NCBI GenBank assembly: GCA_038239365.1 | Contig: JBBSEU010000001.1 | Coordinates: 9,688 to 73,687 of the forward strand | From: Aggregatilineales bacterium | GTDB lineage: Bacteria > Chloroflexota > Anaerolineae > Aggregatilineales > UBA2796 | Direction of reading: 5' to 3' | DNA: 64,000 bases | In this document: positions 1 to 8,705 of the stretch, in pieces | Numbering within the stretch: position 1 is the first letter of the stretch | Layout of the letters: every line of letters begins with the position of its first letter | Made by a program: the position numbers and the translations under genes | Notes under the pieces: model-generated | Told to the model about the DNA's origin: nothing | Database searches by the model: none | The model's input: only the letters and a program-made list of their open reading frames with translations

Positions 1-383
1 GAACGATGCAAGGCCAGATCAATCAAGACAGCAAATATGATTAGCAGCGTCAATGCGGAAAACGCGATTTGTGCCACGCGCTGAACATCAACCATGTGCT
101 GCAATTCGCGTTCGTTGTAGAACGGCCTGCCATTTGGAAAGGTCAGATCGCGCAAATAGCGGATGTCCTGATTGTTGACCATATAATCGAGCGCATAAGG
201 TCCATAATGCAGCCGATCTGCCAGCGTGAAGCCATACTCATCCGCTGGAAAATCCGGCTTGTTATACTCAAATGATAAGTAAAGTGGGCTGATCATCAGG
301 CGCGTGACGAGCAGCACCAATATGACTGGCACCAGTAGCGTCTTGAGGATCGAGAGCAGATTGAGCAGTAGAGGGTTTTTCAT
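1..383 (-). CDS. Partial CDS (first 127 codons, runs off the left edge): small membrane protein, possibly TIGR01906/DUF1461-like
   Basis: Not in the ORF track (no stop inside window). Reverse strand has ATG at 383..381 overlapping the upstream stop (ATGA), then MKNPLLLNLLSILKTLLVPVILVLLVTRLMISPLYLSFEYNKPDFPADEYGF...FYNERELQHMVDVQRVAQIAF, open to position 1. One N-terminal TM helix and an E-x-x-H-M-x-DV string that I associate with DUF1461 proteins (family call tentative). Confidence 0.4.
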   Translation of the reverse strand, partial: MKNPLLLNLLSILKTLLVPVILVLLVTRLMISPLYLSFEYNKPDFPADEYGFTLADRLHYGPYALDYMVNNQDIRYLRDLTFPNGRPFYNERELQHMVDVQRVAQIAFSALTLLIIFAVLIDLALHR

Positions 384-2005
384 CGGATAAATTGGTTCGC
401 GCCGCCATCCGTCAGGAAATCGATCACCATCGAGTCAACAATCGTCTCGACCGGGGCACGATCATCCGTGAATAATACATCGGACTGAACCGAAGGACGC
501 ATATTTTTGACGGCAGCATCCAACACCGTTCGCAAAACCGGGTTGGCGTTCGCTGGCAGTGCAGCCAGATTCGCGGCCAGATTCGCCGGATCGGTCTTCT
601 GGCGTGTCCCAACCAGGATCGTGTTGAATGAGCCGGGTACATCTATTGTGTACACGTTTGGGTAAACGGTTTGCATGGTATGCGTCATCGCTTCGATCAA
701 GCGCCGATCCTGCTGTTTGGTGCTGCTGTTTACTGTGCGCCCGACATTGATCACAACCACGCCGTTTGACGTCAAGTGATCGCGTACATCCTGAAAAAAC
801 TCGACGGTGGTCAGATTCCAGGGCACGTACGGCACGCGATACGCATCAATCCCGACCACGTCGTACTTTTGCTCGGAACGATGCAGCGCCAACCGTCCGT
901 CTTCGATGATCACATTCAGGTTGGGTTCGGTCATCTCGAAATATTGTTGACCAGCCTTGACGATTTCCGGGTCAATCTCAATGCCGTCAATGGCTACCGG
1001 CCCGAACACCGCCGTATACTGCCGCGCAATCGTGCCCGCCGCCAACCCGACAATACAGACCTTCTTGATCGTGGTGGGGGCATAGGGCGGCGCATTGAAG
1101 AACGGCGCGACCATGAAAAAATCCCAGGTGCGCCCGTAATAGATCGCTTTGTCGTTCCACTGTGAATGAATGCCCTGTCCTTCGTTCAATAACAGGATGC
1201 GCGTTTTGCTTCCGTCGCGGTCTGGATACTCGGCCACCTGAATGTAGTTGTAGGCCGATTCTTTTTCGTAGAGCAGAGTCATGCCTGTTGGCGGCGGGCG
1301 CAGCGGGTTATTCAAGGCCAGAACGGTCAATCCGATCAGCAAAATCGGCATCCAGGCGAGTCGCAGTGCGGCGCGGCGGCTCTGTGTCGCCAACCCGATC
1401 AGGCCAATGATCAACAGTGCCAAACTAAAAATCAGGAACGTAAGCGTCGTGCCCAGTTCCGGGATCATGTACAGTGTCGGTAAGAACGTACCGAAGATGC
1501 TCCCCAACGTCGAGATCGCGTACATCCGTCCCGATGTTTTGCCCGCATCCTGAACACCGCCAATCGCCAATCGAATGGCAAATGGTGAGACACAGCCCAA
1601 TAACGTGATCGGAATCGCAAACAGGATCAGCACTGCCGCGAAAGAGCCAATCGCCACGCTTGCCCGAAAGGTAAGCATCGCACTTCCTGCCGCACTCAAC
1701 ACGGGGCGCGCGATCAACGGCATCAAACCGCTGCTGAATCCGCCAAAGACGATGATGTGATACAGTGTTGCAAGGCGCGGCGAACGATCCGCCCAGCGCC
1801 CACCAATAAAATAGCCCGCCGTCAGGTAGATGAGCGTCAGGCCAATGATGCTTGCCCAGACCGGGTTGCTTGTGCCGAACACATAGCCGAGCAGCCGTGA
1901 CGTTGAAACTTCGACGGCCAGTGAGGTCATGCCGCTGGCAAATACCGCGATGTAGAGCATTCGGCGCTGCCCTGAAACAGTGGTGTGCGGTGCTGGTTCA
2001 ACCAT
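380..2005 (-). CDS. Fused multi-TM membrane domain / spermidine-synthase-like (SAM-MTase fold) protein
   Basis: ORF track 380..2017 (TTG at 2017, first ATG at 2005). N-terminal half is hydrophobic multi-TM (FASGMTSLAVEVSTSRLLGYVFG...). C-terminal half carries VCIVGLAAGTIARQY, GIEIDPEIV, DVVGIDAY, typical of polyamine aminopropyltransferase-like folds. Confidence 0.8.
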   Translation of the reverse strand: MVEPAPHTTVSGQRRMLYIAVFASGMTSLAVEVSTSRLLGYVFGTSNPVWASIIGLTLIYLTAGYFIGGRWADRSPRLATLYHIIVFGGFSSGLMPLIARPVLSAAGSAMLTFRASVAIGSFAAVLILFAIPITLLGCVSPFAIRLAIGGVQDAGKTSGRMYAISTLGSIFGTFLPTLYMIPELGTTLTFLIFSLALLIIGLIGLATQSRRAALRLAWMPILLIGLTVLALNNPLRPPPTGMTLLYEKESAYNYIQVAEYPDRDGSKTRILLLNEGQGIHSQWNDKAIYYGRTWDFFMVAPFFNAPPYAPTTIKKVCIVGLAAGTIARQYTAVFGPVAIDGIEIDPEIVKAGQQYFEMTEPNLNVIIEDGRLALHRSEQKYDVVGIDAYRVPYVPWNLTTVEFFQDVRDHLTSNGVVVINVGRTVNSSTKQQDRRLIEAMTHTMQTVYPNVYTIDVPGSFNTILVGTRQKTDPANLAANLAALPANANPVLRTVLDAAVKNMRPSVQSDVLFTDDRAPVETIVDSMVIDFLTDGGANQFIR

Positions 2006-2047
2006 GAACTTTAGCAACCACGCCTTTTTGCTTCACGGGTACCAGAC

Positions 2048-4345
2048 CTATATGAAATAAATACGGATTGGCACATTTGCCAGACGGATTTCGTCGCCGC
2101 TTTTTAGCGGATACGGTTCATTTGGCTTTATGGCGACGCCGTTAATAAATGTGCCATTGGTACTCCGCAAGTCCTCAATTTGTAACCCGTCGGGGTTGTG
2201 CTGAAGCCGGGCGTGGATACGTGAAACACCAAAGCTATCAGCCTGAAAATCCGTCAGATCGATGTGTTCATCCGGGTTTGCCTCCGGGTTGTGACGACCC
2301 AACGTTATTTGTGAGCCGACAGTGTATGTCAAAGGCATACCAGAATTGTTGACGAACACGACGATTGATAGACCTTCAATCACCTGCGTCGAGTTATTCA
2401 ATGCCTGCCGTTTACTGTCGCTGCTGCCTGTAGCCTTCATTCGATTTGAAGTCGCTTTCCGTGCCAGTATTTCAGCCGCAAGTGCTGCTTCGTCGGTTCG
2501 TGTCAGCGTAGAACTCTCGGCGGAAAGCTCATTTTGATGACCGGATGGCACTACGTTGGCGGGTAACATATCCGGTGCTGCGGTCACTGGCTCAGATACT
2601 TTGGCTTGTTCCGCCGATTTAACGTAGCCAACCTGTACCGTCCAGGGATCAACGCGATTTAGCAGAACACCAGTCACAGGCAGGGATAAGCCACTCAGAT
2701 AACGCTGCGCGCGAACGGCTGCGGCGCGGGGGGTATGCCCGGCGTCAATAACCAGAATGACCTCTGATGTGGTTAACTTGGCGATCAGTGCTGCATCTGC
2801 CTGTTCCAACAAGGCTGGTGCATCGAAAATGATGACATCATACGATGTATCTTTTGCCAGATTCTCCATAAACTGCCGCATTTCCGGCGAGTCGATAAGG
2901 CCTGTTCGGTCAGGCACGGCGACACCTGCCGTGATCACAGACAGACAAGTAATCTCAGTGGGCTTCGCCAGCCTCTCCATCAACTCAGACCAGCGATTTG
3001 TATCTTGTAGTCCATCCTCATATGCCTCCGTTGGCAGTGGGGGCAAAAGCCGAGTTGTCATGGAACCGTTCGTATGAGGCGCTTCTAACTGTTTTACGCC
3101 TTGAGCTTCGGGTTGGCGTGAAACAGTGGTCAAGGCTGTTTCTTCGAGATTCAGAGTCAGAACCGTTGATAGTCCCTGTTCGTTGGACAACTTGAAGATT
3201 TTATGCAATGTTGGATGACGCAAATTCGTATCAACCAGCAAAACCCGTAGTCCGGTCAATGCAAAGGTCACCGCCAGATTAGCTGCATTAATGCTTTTCC
3301 CCTCTTTGGGGTGGGGACTGGTAACGGTATAGCGTAGATGAAGCTGATCGCTTTTTTTCCTCTGCAAAAGCAGATTAAGATACAAAATGCGATAGGCCTC
3401 GGATACTGCCGAAATGGGATTCAGGTACGCGATCAGCTTTTTGTTGTAGGCGCGTCTTCGGCCAAAAGGCGTGATCATGCCGATGAGTGAAAGCCCCAAC
3501 AATGACTCGATTTCTGAGGGTAGACGAATTCCATCCGTCAGGTACTCAACGACGAACACAATGCTCATCGAAAAGACTAACCCGGCGACGAGCGCCACCA
3601 ATGTATTGAGAGTTGCAGACGGCCCGGTGGACTTAACCGGCGTATAGGCCGCCTCAACAACGGTCAGCGTATTGACAGCGTTGGCGTCTTGCAGCTTGAT
3701 TAAGATGCCAAGCTGGTCATTGAGGATAGTTTGTGCGGCAAAGATACGATCATTCAACTCGCTTCGGCGTGTCGTCAACGCCGCTGCATCGGTTGGGCTA
3801 TTCGCAAGCGCCTCAGTAACCTGGTTTAACTCGTCATGGAGGCCTTTCAATTGAGCCTGTGTCTTATCCAGCTCATCCTTGACAACCCGTATCTGATCCT
3901 GCTGTTCAATAGCGATCTTGGTCGGGCTGTTGACAATCAGCTCATCGGCCAGGGCATTGGCGATGCTGGCCGCCAGCACCGGGTTGGAGTTGCTGACAGT
4001 GATGGTAAATAAAGCCGTGTTGGCGCGTGTCTTGACCTGAAACATCTTATCGAGTGCGTCTGCCGTCAGATTGAGGTGCAGACGGTCAATCACGACATTT
4101 AGCGTATTCCGCGTCCGCACGATAAAGATGTAGGTATCTGCCAGTTCGCGGGGGAGCGTCACGGTGGGGCTGTCCAGGTTCGGGTTGCCTGCGCGTGCGG
4201 ACCCAATCTCAAGCGTTGTTGCGGCCTCGTAAATTGGGGGTTGTGCCTTTGTAAAGATGAAGGCGCTGCCGCCTGCCAGAAGCAGCGATAATCCGATTAA
4301 CCAGAACCAGCGACGAAGAATGGAGACATACGTCAGAAATTGCAT
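2048..4345 (-). CDS. Polysaccharide co-polymerase (Wzz/PCP) fused to BY-kinase-like P-loop domain and a C-terminal FHA domain
   Basis: ORF track 2048..4351 (GTG 4351, ATG 4345). TM1 WFWLIGLSLLLAGGSAFIF, long helical ectodomain, TM2 LVALVAGLVFSMSIVFVV. P-loop TSPHPKEGKS, Walker A-prime LLVDTNLR, Walker B VIIFDAPA. C-terminal FHA strings LGRHN, GVSRIHARL, STNGTFINGV, GDEIRL. Confidence 0.85.
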   Translation of the reverse strand: MQFLTYVSILRRWFWLIGLSLLLAGGSAFIFTKAQPPIYEAATTLEIGSARAGNPNLDSPTVTLPRELADTYIFIVRTRNTLNVVIDRLHLNLTADALDKMFQVKTRANTALFTITVSNSNPVLAASIANALADELIVNSPTKIAIEQQDQIRVVKDELDKTQAQLKGLHDELNQVTEALANSPTDAAALTTRRSELNDRIFAAQTILNDQLGILIKLQDANAVNTLTVVEAAYTPVKSTGPSATLNTLVALVAGLVFSMSIVFVVEYLTDGIRLPSEIESLLGLSLIGMITPFGRRRAYNKKLIAYLNPISAVSEAYRILYLNLLLQRKKSDQLHLRYTVTSPHPKEGKSINAANLAVTFALTGLRVLLVDTNLRHPTLHKIFKLSNEQGLSTVLTLNLEETALTTVSRQPEAQGVKQLEAPHTNGSMTTRLLPPLPTEAYEDGLQDTNRWSELMERLAKPTEITCLSVITAGVAVPDRTGLIDSPEMRQFMENLAKDTSYDVIIFDAPALLEQADAALIAKLTTSEVILVIDAGHTPRAAAVRAQRYLSGLSLPVTGVLLNRVDPWTVQVGYVKSAEQAKVSEPVTAAPDMLPANVVPSGHQNELSAESSTLTRTDEAALAAEILARKATSNRMKATGSSDSKRQALNNSTQVIEGLSIVVFVNNSGMPLTYTVGSQITLGRHNPEANPDEHIDLTDFQADSFGVSRIHARLQHNPDGLQIEDLRSTNGTFINGVAIKPNEPYPLKSGDEIRLANVPIRIYFI

Positions 4346-4395
4346 ACTCACCCGTCTTGTTAACCAATTGCGAAGGTTTAGATGGCACGATTGAA

Positions 4396-4884
4396 TTACT
4401 CTAGCCGATCAGGAATTACATTGCCCTGAACGGTCAAAATCGGCATCTGAATGGGTTTGGCACCCATCCGTCGTACCGTTTCCTGTAAGCCCGTTTTCCG
4501 ATCTTGCTGAACGTAAAGGCGCAGTGCCGTTACATAGATGTTCACCGTGACCTGTACATGCTTTTTCCAGTTATCGAGTTCGGAACTTCCCAGTCCCTTG
4601 CCCAGTTCGGCAATAGCCTGATGAGCACTGTTGATCTCCGTGATGAAGCGTTCGTTGCGTAATGCCTGCCAGTTATCGGAAAGAACCAGCGTGGAGACAA
4701 CAAGCAGTGTATTGTTCAGATCGAGCATAGCATTGAGCAGTGACTGCCAAACCTGAAGCTGAGCATGAATAATGGTAAGCACCTTGTGCCGTTCGAGATC
4801 ACACAGGGCTTCCTCATACTCATCGCGCAGCTTGCGGCGCTCTGCCTCCGTAAAATGGAGATCAAGCGTATGCTCATTATCCAT
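4396..4884 (-). CDS. Hypothetical helical protein (no family recognised)
   Basis: ORF track 4396..4908 (TTG). First ATG at 4884 is preceded by a GAAGGT Shine-Dalgarno-like string. Sits directly upstream of and co-directional with the Wzz-like gene. Predicted soluble, helix-rich. Confidence 0.5.
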   Translation of the reverse strand: MDNEHTLDLHFTEAERRKLRDEYEEALCDLERHKVLTIIHAQLQVWQSLLNAMLDLNNTLLVVSTLVLSDNWQALRNERFITEINSAHQAIAELGKGLGSSELDNWKKHVQVTVNIYVTALRLYVQQDRKTGLQETVRRMGAKPIQMPILTVQGNVIPDRLE

Positions 4885-5125
4885 TGCACTACCTTCATGG
4901 CTATTCAAGAAGCGTTATTTCGTCGTATTTTATCACGAGATAGAGCTTTTCGTAGCGCGTTTCGGCAGCCCGATATGTTTGGATATTGATACTTTTCTGT
5001 AATGAAAAGCTACCATATTTAGTACCCTGGTCTCATTGTGTGACCCCCCAAAAACCGGGATACTGAAGATTGTAAAGAAAGCATTGTGTCTTTACGGTTC
5101 GACAACGCACAGGAGAGGATGGCCC

Positions 5126-7171
5126 ATGATTTTTCGGCCTATTGTGAAGTTTTTACTCATCGTTTGTTTGATACAGTTAGGTGCTTCGGTGGCCTGGGCG
5201 GCCCCTGATCGGTTGACACAACCGTTGGCAACTGCCCGGACTTACTATGTCGCAACCAATGGCAGCGACGCCAACGCTGGGACACAAAACCAGCCATTCC
5301 GCACGCTTAACACAGCCGTAAGCGTCCTTCAACCGGGCGATACCCTGCTCATTGGCTCGGGTACCTATGCCGAGTACCTGAATAATGTCATTCCGTCCGG
5401 GCAATCATGGAGCGTACCCGTCACGGTTGCCTCAGTGCCCGGTAGTATCGTGATCATCAAGCCACCTGTGGGCGCGGACAATGTTGTGCGCTTCAAAGAC
5501 AACAGCCAGTTCATTATCTTATCCGGGCTGGTGTTTGATGCCGCCAATGCAACCTACTTTGGGATCAAGTTCGATGTGAACCCCGGTCAGCCGACACCCC
5601 ATCACATCCGCATTATCAATTCCGAGGTCAAGAATGGCAATATTCAGGGCATTATCACTTCGCCCGACGCCAATTATCTGGAATTTATCAATCTGAGTGT
5701 TCACGACAATGGGCATAACGACTTTCAACATGGTATCTACCTGGAAGGCAGTTACAACACCATTTCGGGCTGCACCTTCTACAACAATGCGGGTTGGGGG
5801 ATTCATCTTTACGGTGGCACTGACAGCTTCAATGTCATCTACAACAACCGTATCTATGATAATGCACACGTCGGCACACGCGGCTTCGGCATCGGTGTGT
5901 ATATAGGCCAGGGCAACCTTGTTTATAACAACCTGATCTGGGGCGGCAACGACGGTGGTATCAACGTTGACTTTGGCGCGACAAACACAAAAGTCTATGC
6001 CAACACCCTCTACAACAATCGTGACTATGGCATTTTCGTTGGCAGTGCGAGCGTCGGCACAGAGGTGAAGAACAACATTATTGTTCAGGCGTCAGGGATC
6101 GCGCTGACCGATCACGGCGCAGGCACACAGCTCGCCAGCAACTTGCTGACCGACCCACTGTTTGTAGATGTAAGTGCCGCGAATTTCCATTTGAGGGCGG
6201 GCAGTCCGGCGATTGATCGCGGATCCACGTTGCCGGAAGTGCCTGTCGATTTCGATGGTGTATCGCGTCCCCAGAACGGCGTTTATGATATTGGCGCTTA
6301 TGAGTTCAGCAGTGGTGCAAGTGTTCGTCGTGCCGACACGATTGGTGTCTATAGTAATGGCGTATTCTACCTGCGAAACAGCAACACGCCGGGTTCAGCC
6401 GACATCATTGTACCGTTCAATCCATTCAATGTTCCCGCCTCTCGGCTGCGCCCGGTGACAGGCGATTGGAATGGCGACGGCATTGACTCGATTGGTGTTT
6501 ATGACACACAAACAGGCGTTTTCCTGCTGCGGAACAGTAACACGGGCGGCGCTGCTAATTACACCTTCGTACTGGGTAATCCCGGTGATACCCCCGTTGC
6601 AGGCCGCTGGGACGCTTCGATGACGGGCGATGGGGCAGGTGTTTTCCGGCCTTCAAACGGCTTGTTGTACCTGAAGAAATCGCTGGTCTCAGGTTTCGCC
6701 GATTACACGATGGTGCTGGGCAATCCGGGCGACAGCGGTATCGCTGGTGACTGGGATGGTAACGGTTACGCAAGCATTGGCGTTTTCCGACCTTCTGGCA
6801 CCATGTTCTATCTGAGCAACACAGTAGGGGGTACGACGGGTATTCCAAAGATCGTGTTCAGTGATTACAATTTCGTTCTTGGCTCTATTGTGGGTCAACC
6901 AATAGCCGGAGACTGGACTGCAAGTGGTCAGACGCGGGTTGGCCTGTATCTGAATGGAGTCATGTATTTGCGTAATTCGCTCACTGTGGGTGCGCCAGAT
7001 GCCGCCATTGCCTTTGGAGCGCCCGGTGCGTACCCCGTCGCCGGCCACTGGACAAGCGCCGTAAGCAGTCCGACATCACTCGAATCAGTCCTTGTAGCGC
7101 CTGCCCAATCCGCATCCAAGCCAAACGCTGCGACGCCGTCAACCTCAGATGATAGTAGTCGATACGACTGA
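5126..7171 (+). CDS. Secreted right-handed beta-helix protein with five C-terminal FG-GAP/VCBS-like repeats
   Basis: ORF track 5036..7171. ATG at 5126 follows AGGAGAGG (5111..5118) and opens a signal peptide MIFRPIVKFLLIVCLIQLGASVAWA. YYVATNGSDANAGTQNQPFRTLNTAV...PGDTLLIGSGTY plus repeated N-x-I/V-x-G turns indicate a pectate-lyase-like beta-helix. 6332..7054 encodes five ~45-55 aa repeats (GVY/F..G.FYLRNS....AD..F.LG.PGD.P.AGDW.G.G). Confidence 0.8.
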   Translation: MIFRPIVKFLLIVCLIQLGASVAWAAPDRLTQPLATARTYYVATNGSDANAGTQNQPFRTLNTAVSVLQPGDTLLIGSGTYAEYLNNVIPSGQSWSVPVTVASVPGSIVIIKPPVGADNVVRFKDNSQFIILSGLVFDAANATYFGIKFDVNPGQPTPHHIRIINSEVKNGNIQGIITSPDANYLEFINLSVHDNGHNDFQHGIYLEGSYNTISGCTFYNNAGWGIHLYGGTDSFNVIYNNRIYDNAHVGTRGFGIGVYIGQGNLVYNNLIWGGNDGGINVDFGATNTKVYANTLYNNRDYGIFVGSASVGTEVKNNIIVQASGIALTDHGAGTQLASNLLTDPLFVDVSAANFHLRAGSPAIDRGSTLPEVPVDFDGVSRPQNGVYDIGAYEFSSGASVRRADTIGVYSNGVFYLRNSNTPGSADIIVPFNPFNVPASRLRPVTGDWNGDGIDSIGVYDTQTGVFLLRNSNTGGAANYTFVLGNPGDTPVAGRWDASMTGDGAGVFRPSNGLLYLKKSLVSGFADYTMVLGNPGDSGIAGDWDGNGYASIGVFRPSGTMFYLSNTVGGTTGIPKIVFSDYNFVLGSIVGQPIAGDWTASGQTRVGLYLNGVMYLRNSLTVGAPDAAIAFGAPGAYPVAGHWTSAVSSPTSLESVLVAPAQSASKPNAATPSTSDDSSRYD

Positions 7172-7198
7172 GCTTTAAGTCACCAACAGCCTGATAGA

Positions 7199-7235
7199 GC
7201 AGCCGAACTGTTTACGGCTCGGCTGCCTGTTTTTG
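7199..7235 (+). terminator. Candidate rho-independent terminator after the beta-helix gene
   Basis: GCAGCCGA (7199..7206) pairs with TCGGCTGC (7219..7226), followed by CTGTTTTTG. Overlaps the last codons of the convergent minus-strand gene. Confidence 0.4.
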
Positions 7236-8705
7236 CCTCGTTGCGGCTTGCAATCCCGCAGAGCTGCCTGCCAGAGCCTGGCTTTTCTCTTGTTGATACA
7301 ATACCCACAAGGCGGTACTGATGCCTGCGAACATCCAGATTGGCTTGTAATACTGTGTGGTTGAGGTCAGGCCGTGAATACAAAAGGCGATGAACGTGGT
7401 AAACCAGGTGGCACTGAGTCCGACCATTTCGCGCGATTTGGAACGAAGCATAATCCGCAACAGATCCCAGCAGCTAGCAAGCAGCCAAAGCAGATAAATG
7501 ACAGCGCCAACAACGCCTGTTTCGACCAGAACGGTCAAATACATATTGTGCGGAACCTTATCTACATAGTGCGAGAAATCGGCATTGATGTAGAACCGAT
7601 TATATTCCGTAAATTGACCTATACCCACGCCCACAATTGGATAGTCGCGCCACATGCGAATGGCGCTGTCCCAGAGCGCGTAGCGTACCACGCTGGTATC
7701 ATTCCAGGATGTGGTGCCCACATCGCGTGTTGGGACGCCGGACATTCGGATCGTCTCCTCCAGAATCTGCCAGTAGCTGCCCGGCACGATCACCAATGCA
7801 ACTAATCCTACGCCAACGACCCAGATCATCCGGGAGCGTATGAGTGCCAAATAGGATTTCGGTTCTTTGGCAAAAGACGGCAGCAGCAAAAACATCAGCA
7901 CCAGCACCGCAACCAGCATGATGAAGCCAGTTCGAGAAACGGTCACGACGATACCGAGTGATAGCAGCGCGATGATTAGCGGGAAGAGGAAACGAGTCCA
8001 GTTCTTGGCTTTGGCTCCCAGATACATGGCAAAGGCCAGGGCGAAAATCAGAAACAAGGCCGTCTCGTCCTGGTTTCCAGTCAAATCTGCGCCACCGCGC
8101 ACTGTTGTGACCAGCGAACCTGTAATATGCGCTTCGGGAATTGACAGCGCCGCATTTAAACAGCCAGTGGCGATGCAGCAGATCATCAGGATGTGCTGTT
8201 TGTCCGGCGGGATTAGCTCTGCCGACAGCCAGACTAACATCAACAACTGAACGTAAGTCCACAGCCAGTTCCGCGATGCTCCAGCCGTAGCCGCCTGGAC
8301 ATTGGTGAAGGTCATCCACAAAATGAACGCCAGACCCAAAAGAAACTGTGGACGCAGCAGATAGCGCACTTCAAATTGAAGGCGATTCTGAAATAGATGC
8401 CCGGCCAACGTCACTAATCCAACCAATGACAGAACTGAACTGAAAATCGGCACATCGGGATACTTGGCTTGCAAGGGCATACTTGCTAACAGAAAAACCA
8501 GACCAAAGAACGGCCTGAAAAAGAGCAGTCCGGCGAAAAGGACACCCGCTACCCCAAGCAGCAAAACGGGGACAATATCGGGCCCATTCTGGGCAATGAG
8601 CAGCCCCAAAATGACGGCCCCAGCCAGCGTTGCCAGCGCCACAACAAAGATGAGTGCCTGGGACGAGGCCAGTTTAAGACTTTGCCTAAGTGGTTGCAGA
8701 AGCAT
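7212..8705 (-). CDS. O-antigen ligase/polymerase family (Wzy_C-type) integral membrane protein
   Basis: ORF track 7212..8948. ATG at 8705 (MLLQPLRQSL...) avoids a 260 nt overlap with the upstream gene. About 12 TM segments with VSRTGFIMLVAVLV and PHNMYLTVLVETGVVGAVIYLLWL strings typical of the family. Confidence 0.8.
   Translation of the reverse strand: MLLQPLRQSLKLASSQALIFVVALATLAGAVILGLLIAQNGPDIVPVLLLGVAGVLFAGLLFFRPFFGLVFLLASMPLQAKYPDVPIFSSVLSLVGLVTLAGHLFQNRLQFEVRYLLRPQFLLGLAFILWMTFTNVQAATAGASRNWLWTYVQLLMLVWLSAELIPPDKQHILMICCIATGCLNAALSIPEAHITGSLVTTVRGGADLTGNQDETALFLIFALAFAMYLGAKAKNWTRFLFPLIIALLSLGIVVTVSRTGFIMLVAVLVLMFLLLPSFAKEPKSYLALIRSRMIWVVGVGLVALVIVPGSYWQILEETIRMSGVPTRDVGTTSWNDTSVVRYALWDSAIRMWRDYPIVGVGIGQFTEYNRFYINADFSHYVDKVPHNMYLTVLVETGVVGAVIYLLWLLASCWDLLRIMLRSKSREMVGLSATWFTTFIAFCIHGLTSTTQYYKPIWMFAGISTALWVLYQQEKSQALAGSSAGLQAATRQKQAAEP

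Noticed and set aside
69-275. 68 aa plus-strand ORF at the left edge
   Set aside because: It lies antisense to a longer open reverse-strand frame that is start-coupled (ATGA) to the upstream gene and encodes a plausible membrane protein. The plus-strand product has no recognisable features.
7374-8319. Alternative-frame ORFs inside the O-antigen-ligase-family gene (7374..7805 +, 7699..8319 -, 7867..8250 +)
   Set aside because: They are fully nested in a strongly supported multi-TM gene. Their products are Arg/Gly/His-rich with no motifs, typical of shadow ORFs.
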